From Klebsormidium nitens (Eukaryota; Plantae; Klebsormidiophyceae), in the NCBI GenBank assembly GCA_000708835.1, contig DF237348.1, positions 21,639 to 85,638 of the forward strand: a stretch of 64,000 nt of DNA. Direction: 5' to 3'. The translations under genes and the position numbers were made by a program. Of this stretch, positions 40,334-51,557 are shown piece after piece. The stretch's first letter is position 1; the number at the start of each line of letters is the position of its first letter. The notes under the pieces are model-generated. The model saw only the letters and a program-made list of their open reading frames with translations, was not told where the DNA came from and did no database searches.

Positions 40334-43300
40334 ATGGAGGCCGTGGCCTCTCCGGCCCTGCACACCCAGGCAGCAGCTGCAGGGTTCGGACAGAGGACGC
40401 ATGGTACGCACGTGCAAACGCAGGTTCGGACACAGGCCGCCCTGCTGCCTCGGCAACAGAGGCATCCAAAGCTCCACAGCTTTGGCTCCGCAAAAAGCAT
40501 TGCAGGCCAGAAAGTTTGTGCAGAGTCTGAGGGGTTTAGGAGGGATAGAAAGGGGCGGGGGCATGCCAGGGCAGCGGGGACGCAAAGTCCGACAAGGGAA
40601 AGGCCCTCAGTGAAAGAGGCGGCCGAGAAGATCGTAGGGGGTCTAGGGGGCGGGCTAGATGAGGTTAAGCTGGATGAGGTAGCGGGGCAGGTAGCAAAGG
40701 AGACGGGGAGCGAGAAGGCGCAGATCAGTGAGTTTTTGAAGCGGGAGTACAAGGCAGGGTTTGTGACTGACATCCAGTCAGAGAGGATTCCGAGGGGGTT
40801 GTCAGAGGAGACAGTCAGGACTATCTCGGCAAAGAAGAACGAGCCGCAGTGGATGCTCGACTATCGCCTGCGGGCCTACCGCCAGTGGCTGAAGATGGAG
40901 GAGCCACGCTGGTCGGACAACAAGTATCCCAGGTAAGCTCAATCCTCATTTCTTTCCCACAGCTCACCTTCGTATTTTAGAGTTCAGCACTCTGAAAGAT
41001 TTCTTTCTATCTTGTCGTCGCTTTGAGTTTTTTTCTGCTGAAGATTTTGGTAATGGTGGCTGGCCCTTTACAATCTGTACCTTGTCTTGAAGCAATCCTA
41101 CTCTAACATAAGTGTCTGGATGAAGATCCCACATGGACGACGCTCCTTTTCTTTAATTGGGTGAGCTCTATAACGGGCTACAAGGGTGAAGGAAAGGTTG
41201 TCTGGCGTGCTCCACTGCGTGTGGCAGCTACGTAGTTGTTTGAATCGTATCGTAAGGAGTTTGTGATTTGCATAGTATTGAGGCTTTTGCTTATTCTTAA
41301 AGCTGCCTTTCACAATTGCAAGGCTGGTGCAACATTGAGATTAACTAAATGCTGTCGCATGTAGTAGCTCCATTGCAGGAGTGCTTGGCAATGTGCAGTG
41401 TGTAGCAGACATTGCTTGCTTTCAGAAACTTTGGAGATCTGACTTTCCGCACTTCGATGTGCAGAGGAAATAGCTCTGCATATACTGGAGTTACCAACTT
41501 GTCCTTCCAGTATTTCACATGGAGTGATCGAGCGAACCCTACTTCTAGCTGATTTCCTTCTCTATACCATCATTTTGCACACGTCCCGAAAGGAGACAAT
41601 GCTGTTCGTCTAGTTTGTTGTCTAAGTGCGCCGGTTGCTTGAATTCTCCCGAGCATATTCTGTTGCTGGTGGTGGCTCTATCTTGAAAAGGTGCACTGGT
41701 GTCCCTGAAAAATCATTGAATTCAAGATTGCAAGTATCTCCTAATGAGCTGGGCTCCTTAAAGTAGAATCCAACGTCCTTTTTTGACCCTGGGTGCTTAA
41801 TAGCATCTAGACGCTGGCAAGCGAGCCTGCTCCGAGCTTGTTCTCTGGAGAACTATTCACCTGTGGCCATTGGGGATTCCTTGTCTGCCTCATCCTAGTT
41901 CAGGGTGTCATTCCCCCTCTGCTTATGGTCCTTTGACCAGCCTCGGTTCGCCTGCTCATTTTGCCCCATCCTACAATTACAAAAGAGAGTCTTCATGGTG
42001 TTCTGCGTGAAGGCTCACAAGGAGGACATGAAGGCTCTTCTTCACAATTGTCTGCTCCCTTTCCTAGCCCTCTGATGGTCCCCCCGCCCTCGTTTCGCCC
42101 CTGCATTTGCACAGGTTGTCTACCAAGGAGCTCTGCAGTTGAGATCCATGAACCGGCATTGCAGCTCCTCGCCCCTAGATTGCTGAGTGAAACTACTTCT
42201 CATTGAGGCAGAAAAGTCCAAATGAAGAACTTTTAGAGCTAGTTTGCCTTCACCCCCTCAAGCCCCATGACTCAATTGTCCCCTTTTACCAGCTTCTATA
42301 TTCATATTCTGAGGTTTAGGAGCTACGCACAGACCATGGCAGAATGCATTGTCAGTTTTCCCCCCTTGCTCTATCTGCTGGCCACACAATTTCCGGCCAT
42401 TAAATTGGCTCTCCCTTTAGCCCCTGCTCGTTTCAACCACTCTTGTGTGCAGGTTGTGTAGCAGAGAATAACGTATCATTAAAAGGGGAAGAAGAGAATG
42501 CTGTGCCATTTCAATCCTTCAATTGTTGCCTGCGGACTCGTATTTGCATGTATGCAGGTTTGATCACAAGGACGTTGTACACGGTTCCAAGCCACGTTGA
42601 TTGGGCAGCTGCCTCTTTTTTATTCCAAAAGTTTTTGTTGCAACTACTTTGCGACGGCATATCTTCCCTACTTATTTCACCCCCCAAAAAGGAGACACTA
42701 ATATCCCCCCATTTTCCATGCAGGATTGACTATCAGGACATTGTGTACTATTCCGAGCCCAAGAAGAAGGACGTCAAGGCGAGCCTCGACGAGGTGGACC
42801 CCGACCTGCTCGCGACATTCGAGAAGCTCGGCATCCCGCTGTCTGAGCAGAAGCGCCTCTCCAACGTCGCGGTTGACGCCGTTTTCGACTCCGTGTCCAT
42901 CGCCACGACGTTCCGCAAGGAGCTGGCGCAGGCGGGCGTCATCTTCTGCTCCATATCCGAGGCTGTCAGAGAGTACCCGGATCTCATCAAAGAGTACCTC
43001 GGCAGCGTCGTCCCGCCGGGCGACAACTTCTTTGCGGCGCTCAACGCGGCGGTCTTCTCGGACGGCTCCTTCTGCTATATCCCGAAGAACGTCGAGTGCC
43101 CGATGGAGCTCAGCACGTACTTCCGGATCAACGATTCGGACACCGGGCAATTTGAGCGCACGCTCATTGTCGCGGAGGAGGGCAGCAAAGTCAGTTACCT
43201 CGAGGGGTGCACGGCGCCGTCGTTCGACACGAACCAGCTGCACGCGGCGGTGGTCGAGCTGTACGCGCACAAGAACTCGGAGATCAAGTACAGCACGGTG

Positions 43301-44854
43301 CAGAACTGGTACGCGGGCGACGAGGAGGGGGTCGGCGGGATCTTCAACTTCGTGACCAAGCGCGGGCTGTGCGAGGGCAAGAACGCCAAGATCTCGTGGA
43401 CGCAGGTGAGAAATCTGTTTTACCAATTGTGTCTGATGAGGGAAGAGCAATAGGGAGGCGGCCAAGAAGGGCTTCTCAATCTGTCTGGTTAGGTTTCAGC
43501 AGTCTCGTGTGTTTGTACACACGCATGTGTGGCGGTTTTAGGGGCTGGCGGGACACTGAAGGAACCGGTCAAAGGGATAATACAGGGGGGTCGGATTAGA
43601 AGGAGTGTGGCAATCAACAGCCATCACGTGCTAATTGTGTGCTAGCTCTGGCTCAATCCTGCTTCTGCATGTCGTCAGCATGTCGTCAGGCTTTTGAATG
43701 TGACAAGTGGTGGGCGCCGGGGCGGGCTACCCCTGCTCCGCTTTCGTGAGTGTAGTCATTGAGGGCTACTCAATCTGCTTCTCTCACCCTCTTCTCTTAG
43801 ACCGGAGTAAGGCAGCGAATCCGGTTCTTAACCCTTTCCAAACCCCGCTTTTTAACCCAGGTCGAGACCGGGTCCGCCATCACGTGGAAGTACCCCTCCG
43901 TCGTCCTCAAGGGCGACAACAGCATCGGCGAGTTCTATTCGGTCGCGCTGACCAACAACCGGCAGCAGGCTGACACCGGCACCAAGATGATCCATGTCGG
44001 CAAGAACACGCGCAGCCGCATAGTGTCAAAGGGCATCTCCGCCGGGAACTCGGTCAACTGCTACCGGGGGCTCGTCCAGGTGGCGCCGACGGCGCACGGG
44101 GCCCGGAACCACTCGCAGTGCGACTCGATGCTGATTGGCGACCAGGCGGGGGCCAACACGTACCCCTACATTCAGGTACGGAAAAGATGGTCAACTTCGA
44201 CGGGTCGAGTATGAGGTCTTAATCCTGGCCCTTGATTTTGGTCTTGATCGTGGCCTAGACAAGGAGGGGTTTGCGTAGAAGTTTCTGGTCGTAGCTGGTC
44301 GCGTTGGTTGCCAGATTGAAAGGCAACGGCTTCCTCTTCCTCACTTGTATGGAGCTTGTCAGGTTGAAAAGTAGGTTTGGATATCTGTGACTGTGCTAAG
44401 CAGCTGCCGTGCGGAAGAAGATTCGTCTATGCACATGCACCAGACCGCAATGTATCAGCACTCTTGAGTGCAGATACTTGTCCGACCCTCCGACTCACAA
44501 TCCTGAAGCTCTTTGGATGCTCGGAAGTCGTGTGGCGTTTCTTCAATCCTGTCTGCTATTGTTTATCTGGTTGACCACGAGCTTTGCAGACCAATCAGAA
44601 GCAAGCTGGCTGATTGTGAAACCCGTTCTCTACAGGTGAAAGACCCGACGGCGCGCGTCGAGCACGAGGCGAGTACCTCCAAGATCGGGGAGGACCAGCT
44701 CTTTTACTTCCAGCAGCGGGGCATCGAGGCCGAGAAGGCCGTGGGCATGATTATTAGCGGCTTTTGCAGGGACGTGTTTAACGAGCTGCCACTAGAGTTT
44801 GCCGCCGAAGTTAACCAGCTGATGAGTCTCAAGCTGGAGGGCAGCGTGGGATAA
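40334..44854 (+). CDS. SUFB: Plastid Fe-S cluster assembly scaffold SufB (NAP1/ABCI8), 4 exons (40334-40932, 42724-43405, 43860-44175, 44636-44854)
   Basis: [10 protein letters not shown]...[130 protein letters not shown]. Confidence 0.97.
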
Positions 44855-45818
44855 GCGGTGCCGTCGGGTGGTCGGTACTGCTGTCTGTGCATAAACTAGA
44901 TTGTGGACGTAAGTCCTGAACCAGCCGTTGATTTTTTCCGACCAAGCTGTAAAATATACTTGATTGCGTGGTCTTTCGAAAGATGTTGTGTTTCCACCCT
45001 CTGGCATTCGGAAGAAAAGATATGACCTCTTGATGTGTAGCATGGTGGTTATCTGGCATGCATGATACGATTGATGCCTGACGGTTGTTGGTATGTTATT
45101 AATCGCTGTTGGACCAGATCGAACAGAAAGCTAGGCAAATATAGATGGCAGCCGCAAGCATGCGGGCCATGCATGCACATGAGGCATTGCAGAATTCAAC
45201 AATCAGCTTATTCTGCATCAAGTCGAGACGCTTCTGTATGACCTGCTGCCTTAAAAGGGTGGCCGTGCCATTTTGCTTTTGAAAAGGCGCCGTCCAATTA
45301 TGTGAGGATCACGGCATAATCACAAGTTGTCAAGTTATGTTGCTCCAATCTTCGGACCCGCCTCTACAATGTGCTCTGATTGACTCGCTACTGATAAGTT
45401 CTCAGGAGGTTAGAAGTATGTCTAAGGATCTCGGGTAACTTCAGTTGAGGAAGCTGCCCAGCGAGCCTAAGGCATCGATGCGCACCTGTCGAGAGATTCA
45501 GAGCGGATCGGACCGTGCAAGCAGCACGGTCTTATGCCCAGAATCGTAAGAAGTGTACTTAGAGCGCCAGGGCCAAGAACTAGCCCCGCAACTACACTCT
45601 GGCCGGGGTTGACTGACCTGAACTTCTAGGGAATCTACCCAACGTCCGACATCAGATTCTTGTAGAATTTTCATGGCAGGACCCCAAACCTGACCTGATC
45701 CAACTCTTAACATCCACGGTCACAATTGACCGAGGTCGACCCGGGTATGTATGTTTAGTATATGAACATGCCGGTAACCAGGCGGCACGACGTTGTAAGG
45801 CGTGCTCCAATTTCCCAA

Positions 45819-46969
45819 TCAGTCTTTGTCAACCTTGCGTTCCGGTGGTTTTGACGACTCTATCTCCGGCCGCTTTGAAGCCGACCTGCAAAAAGGATAG
45901 AATAACAAACCTTTCAGACACAAGATACCTTACTTCTACATTGCCCTTTTGAATTAGCCTTGCGCCGCAGCAATCTCCAAGCTCTTGCTTGTATCAGAAG
46001 CTGGATATCTAGACTCGGTTGTAGGAGCGGCTTTATTCGTTAGATTGCTTGGAGCCATCAACGAGCCACTCTGCTTCATCAGTCAACAGGTCAACAGCCA
46101 TCCAGCAACTTATTGGAAGGTCAATTGTTCAGCAATGCGTCTATTGAAGTGTCGCCCAAGTCTTTGCCCGCCCACTGGGCTTCGTTGCAAACAAAGTCGT
46201 TATTGCGGATTCTTCGCACAGGGAGAAGTGTTGTTTTAGAGGTTTGATAAAAGATCGTATCTTCAGAAGCCTCGATATGTGAACGTTGATAAGCTTCTTT
46301 GTTTGAGCAGCTTACACTCCACTGCCTAAACCACATACCAACCCAGTTCTTTTAGAAGTATCGACGCCTTCACCGAACAATACCAGAGTCCATCAATAGA
46401 ATGTCAGAGGATTTATAGAGACCCCCAAGCCTGCCCCACGCCAGCTGCACAACATACAACTCTGATTGTTGTACTCCACTTGGTTAGCAGTGCCTACTGA
46501 ACCTTGTGGATCTTAAACCCTTGTTTACGGGGCAGCTAACCGGTCTCCAACTCAACAAAAGGGGACCTACGAACCACTGACCAGACTTTCTGCACCGCAC
46601 CTCCTCCCAAGACAACTAAAAGAAGGGCGTTGGGGGGCTGGTCCTCCTATGTGACCATTTGGCCGAGGCTCCGCTCTGGCGGTCACCTTAAAACATATAT
46701 AATTTCGAATCCGCAGCGACAGTCAGTCACATCGCCTAATCTGTGTGTCGTTGGAGAGCCACATAGGGGCACGCCCTCCTTAGACCTCCTGAGATGCCCA
46801 AAATCACACCACTTACTTTTGAGCTGCTGCGCTCTCGGCCTCTAGCCACTCCCTTACGCTCCGCACGTTCCGCCTCAGGATCGAGGCCGTCTGCTTGACA
46901 TCGCCTCTTAACATCAGGGCGACCGCGCCGACGGCGGCCACTGTGATCACAAAGTTTGTGATAGCCATT
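45819..46969 (-). CDS. Small conserved streptophyte single-pass membrane protein (~72 aa), 2 exons (46969-46817, 45885-45819)
   Basis: MAITNFVITVAAVGAVALMLRGDVKQTASILRRNVRSVREWLEAESAAAQK/SASKRPEIESSKPPERKVDKD*. The GTAAGT...TGCAG intron joins in phase. It resembles an uncharacterised land-plant family. Confidence 0.75.
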
Positions 46970-48991
46970 TTCTTCTCAAACAGGAACCTGCTCAGAAGAA
47001 AGCGGGTATGCAAGGTAAGATGGTAAGCACAGATTGGGGGCTAATAGCCGATTGTATTCCATTGTTGCTTAATCACAGAGGACCTGGGTAGCAACTCTTT
47101 AGACTGTCTACGCCAGACAGAAAATCAACCACCTGATCAGAGTGTACTAGTATTGTAATCGTGATGAAGGACCTGTTTCAAGGGCAACTCGGAGGATTGA
47201 GGGGGGTCGCCTTTTCACATGCCGTGAGTCAGTTGGAGCATCAGAAATCATCTTTCTAACCAGATTGAGTGTTCCAAAGTGCAATTGTCCAGTGTCCGAT
47301 CTGAAGCCAAGTTGGTTGTCGAAAGAACCACGTCATCCCCTATATCTCAATGAAAGCGAACCCAATGGTCATAGTAAACCTCTGATGCGCCCCGGCGGCA
47401 GACTCATGAAAGCTGCGGCAGTCGAGCGGCGCCTGTGCTTTGCCTCGGCGCCCATACACAACAAGTGTCAAAAGTGTGCAGCACTTCCAACACATTCACG
47501 TTTCACACTTGCTGTATCGTGCAAATGCTGCGCGATTGTGGGCCTCCAGAGACCAGAACCATTCCAAATCTGGGAAATGATCTGGTGCTCTGTGCCTAAG
47601 CTCTACGGGTACCCACCTGACGCTGCACGCGCTTGATTGTCGTCGCCCCCCTGCGAGTTTCTGTCGTGATATCTGTCGCGAAATCGTGCCCCAGGGAAGA
47701 AGGTCTACCTATGCAGATTCAACCTGAAAACAAGGACTAGCTTCAGCAAGGACAACCGCTTTCCGTGTCCCTTTTAATACCTCCATTGGCATCATCCCGT
47801 TCCATTGCGCATGGCATTGACGTTCTTCTGTTTCTTCTTTGAAGCCTCGACTTTAAATTTTGTTTTGAGCTCAAGCTGACGAAGGCGCGCGCTAGGCAAT
47901 TGCCATTCCGGCCGCAGTGACTTGCGTTCCGTACCGGAATGCTTGGAGTCCGGTCGGTCGACGCTTCTCATACGTTGCTTCCGGACTCGGTGCGCGGAAC
48001 AGACTCGACGGATCAAAACCCTCTGCCGAATGATCCCTGTGCGTCCGTCCGTCTGGCGGCCCGCGCGCCGCGCATATATAGCGCGCACTGCGGCATGTAG
48101 TAACGTATACGTCAACCGTAATCTGAGGGAATTGAAGGGGAGCAAGGGCACAAGCGACATGCAGCGATTCGGGCCCTCTCGCTGTTTCAACGCGCATGGG
48201 CCTTTGAACTGAACCTACAGTGATACAGTACCTAGGTTTTCTAGCAAAAAGAATGGCGGGCCAATTCAAGAACTTCAACATAATCATGACTATCATGGGA
48301 GGAAGCGCCGTATACCTAGGAGCTACCATGGCAATGGGACAAAGCAAAAGGGCCCTGGCGCAAAGCCCTGCCAAAAGCGTCGGAATTCTTTACTGCTGAA
48401 AGGAAAGCGATCCACAACAGCGATTCGTTCACGACTGCTGAAACTTCAGAGACGCTTCTCGTATTGTTTACGAGAAGCACCAGCAGAGGCACGCAATGAG
48501 TAACCCACGTCGCCTCCAGACTGCGCTTGAACGGCTCACTACCCACTCTCTTTCCAATCAGATATGCAGGAAGACGGCAGGGAGGACCTCAGGAGGCAAA
48601 GAGCAGGTGGAGTCTGAGGGTGAAGAATGAAGGTATGTTACAGCATCTAGGGCTAGAAAAAGCAGTCGGTTTCGCATGCTTCGGCCTGTTGGCTTCACAT
48701 GATTCCTGTTGCTGTTGCCGCATATGTGCTCATTCTTCGTTGCTTCATCAATTCACATAGAAGCATGTAGATGAATCTCGCATGCTTCAAACTTTTAGTC
48801 CGTCCCCTTTATCCAGGCAACGAAGGAATGATTGAGTGGGCAAGGGCAGTCGTCAAAGTCTGGTGGTCGAGCGAGAACCGAGTGGGTTGGTGAAGTGTTT
48901 ATTATGAAGATTCACTAGTTTATAATTGTTCCAGAACCCGTTCACTGTAGGCTCCGCCGGATTGGCCTGTACGTTGAAACGGATGCTTAAC

Positions 48992-49267
48992 TCAATCCCG
49001 TAGAAACGAAGTATGCTTGCGAAGATGAAAGAAAGAAGGACTTCGATTCGGGTGAAGGACTCCGCTCGATGTGAAGGACTCCGCTCGATGTCCGAGATCG
49101 TTCATCATGTCCGGCCCAAAGTCTCCAGCCGCATATACGGTTTTAAGTTGCCTGATGTAGACAGACACCGTTGAATCTGATCTATTCGGCGGAGCTCCAC
49201 GGAGAACCTTATCAGGAGATTGGACCTTCAGTTTTTTGCGTATCTCTGCTTCGAAGCTGGAATCCAT
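48992..49267 (-). pseudogene. Truncated second ORF resembling the N-terminal domain of virus-type tyrosine recombinases
   Basis: RSDSTVSVYIRQLKTVY parallels RTESSTEQYLKGIHLLW of the neighbouring ORF. A 19-bp tandem duplication (49052-49089) shifts the frame. Confidence 0.35.
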
Positions 49268-49291
49268 CGCCGTGAAACCGCCTCGTTGTTA

Positions 49292-50145
49292 CTAATCTTT
49301 ATAGATATTTTTTGTGAGATACAGACGTCTTAAAGTCGATCTGGATTGAAGCGCTTTCCATTGTACTGGATCTTACCCAAGAACATTGACCAGTTGCTAG
49401 CGGTCATAACCGTCTGCGGCTGAGTGACAGAAGTCAAGAAGTAATCTCGAGGTATCAATCGAAGGGTTCGATGAAGATACTTGCTCAGCATCTTTGTTAG
49501 AGGGATTCGATCCCCGTCTTCGAAGACGAGTTTGTAATCTCCCTTGCGTTGTGAGGTCTGCAGCAAATAGCTTGCACCCTCGATCTGTTGGCCCTTCCGC
49601 AGGATTGGAAGCTCGTGCAATTTTACCCGACGACGATGCTCCTTACTCAGAAGCATATGCCATTCGAGGACGAGATGCCACATACAGATCTTCACCTCCT
49701 TAGGAGTGAGATCTCGATTCATGTCTTCGAGACTCAACTGTCTGACCTTGCGTGCGAGCTTCTTTCCGAATGTTTCGACCTCTTCAACGGTCATCTCTGA
49801 TGTGGCGTCCGAGGTCTTGGTCTCAATCTTTCGTTGAGCGGACTCCTTCAGAGCCTTGTTTTCCTTCCGAAACGGCTCATAGTAGGTTTGATAAGCCTCC
49901 GCATAACCGAGTTTGCGGCAAATAGCAAGAAAAGGGGCTAAGCGAGTACGCCTGCTTCCAGGGTTATCATAGCGCTCTAGAACAGCTGCAACGATCTTCT
50001 GAGCCTTACTCTTTATCCACGAAGGGTCCTCGGGCATTTTATCCTCGAAAACCATGTTCCATAGAAGATGAATCCCCTTGAGATACTGCTCTGTGGAACT
50101 CTCGGTCCTAATCCCATCAGCTAAGACCTTCCGTAGAGCATCCAT
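49292..50145 (-). CDS. Tyrosine-recombinase-like protein (Polinton-like-virus/NCLDV type), catalytically degenerate, one frameshift near 49330
   Basis: Intronless. N-terminal STEQYLKGI...W...KIVAAVLERYDNPGSRR. C-terminal SYLL...IPLTKMLSKYL...YFLTS...MTASNWSMFLGKI..GKRF, then LRRLYLT in the -1 frame, comparable to the LRHxYIS box. No catalytic Tyr segment follows. Confidence 0.5.
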
Positions 50146-50299
50146 AGTTATCACCCGTCTACGATGATGCAAGAACATATTTTTATAATGTCTTCCATTT
50201 CGCAACAAGTTATTTCAAAAAGGTCGGTCACAATAAAATGACATCGAAACCTCTCCTAAACGATTACTTTTTTGAAACTGCGTGCGGGGGGCCGAAAAT

Positions 50300-50327
50300 T
50301 GTTGAGAAATCTCGAGATTTCTCAACA
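50300..50327. promoter_or_regulatory. 28-bp perfect palindrome in the AT-rich divergent intergenic region of the virus-like module
   Basis: TGTTGAGAAATCTC/GAGATTTCTCAACA is self-complementary. A second palindrome, TAACTAGTTA, lies at 50331-50340. Function is unknown. Confidence 0.6.
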
Positions 50328-50515
50328 GAATAACTAGTTATTTAAAAAGCACTTGACACTTTTTCACTGTCTCTCCGCCTGCGTTTCACACCATATACAA
50401 TGTATAATATTGCTTGTAGCAGAGATTGTTGAATTTGCATAATATGAAATGCATTAGGGGGCGGGATTATTTTGTTCGAAACTATCATGACAAGTTGCAT
50501 CAGAGGCCAGTCGAT

Positions 50516-51013
50516 ATGGAATCCACGAAACGAAGCTTTCGGGTGATTGCTGCCTACGATGCGAAGGGGAATGATGCGCTTGCTCTGGTGAAGGATACAC
50601 GACTCGAGATCGACGCCAACAAGGGGCGCGTCTGTCAGGCAGGAGCCCGCGCAGGGTCCCAACTCTTTCGGACACAGAAATGTCAGGGGAAAAAGGTTTC
50701 CCTTCCACAGAGGGTGGTGGTCCTTATAAAAGAGACTACAAGAGGTTCAACAAATAAAAAGTATGGGTACTCCGTCGAGATCGGTCCGGTCAAGAAGTGT
50801 GACCGCCCGACTGGTTTGCCATTTCAAGGGACGTTTCAGAGCATAGCAACAAAGATGGAAGTCGAAGACATCGAGAATATGAAGCTCCGAAAGAAGTCTT
50901 CTAAGACGATTAAAGCCACCCAGAAGCCCAAGGCTAAATCCACCCGGAAGAAGCCTGACCCAGCAAAGACAACGGAATCAGTTGATTCCAATTCCGATTC
51001 AGACTCGGATTGA
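50516..51013 (+). CDS. MC1-like (archaeal/giant-virus non-histone chromosomal) DNA-binding protein with Lys-rich and acidic tail, 165 aa
   Basis: Intronless. SFRVIAAYD...GRVCQAGARAGSQLFR...VVVLIKETTRGSTNKKYGY...RPTGLP follows the MC1-family pattern (QAAxKA...IxLRETTRGSxKKxYxY) of giant-virus proteins. Confidence 0.65.
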   Translation: MESTKRSFRVIAAYDAKGNDALALVKDTRLEIDANKGRVCQAGARAGSQLFRTQKCQGKKVSLPQRVVVLIKETTRGSTNKKYGYSVEIGPVKKCDRPTGLPFQGTFQSIATKMEVEDIENMKLRKKSSKTIKATQKPKAKSTRKKPDPAKTTESVDSNSDSDSD

Positions 51014-51557
51014 TTGCGTCATGGAGATCCGGTCCTGAGTCCACCGTTTGAGAGCGCCATGTGGCGGTCAGGACATTTGGTGTCTTAGTCAGAAGTTGCC
51101 TTCAATGGATTGCAGAGTGTAGCATGGCGACTCCAATCAACTTTCCGATTTCTTGCCACGTCAGCAAATTCGAGTCCGGAAGCTAGTACACATGCCCGCC
51201 GATCTAGAAAACACATCGATGAGCACCATGACACGCGCATTTGCTTACTGAACTTGATTGCGTGCTAACACCCTACTCATCAAGGACTACACAATTTGTC
51301 TATCAGAAGTGCTTAATCTCAAGACGAAATATTGCTCTTCCTAGCATGCGTAAGGGACGCGAGATCAAAAACTACTCCTATCCCCGCTATTGTGAACATG
51401 CTACCAATGGGATTCCGATTTGGAACGAGACAACAAGCAAGATATAAACTGGTCCACACCATCCTAGAACACTTTCGACTCATCGCCAAATGCCATCTGC
51501 AATGCGCGCACCACGCACACCACAAAGATAGCCTATTCAAATCGCTCGACTTGCACC

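Noticed and set aside
42698-43599. Long antisense and alternate-frame ORFs over SUFB exon 2, and similar ones over the AEP, helicase and LINE
   Set aside because: They are shadows of GC3-rich coding exons and show no independent motifs.
50294-50301. AAAATTGT as a mimivirus early promoter (AAAATTGA)
   Set aside because: One mismatch in an AT-rich region, single occurrence, expected by chance.
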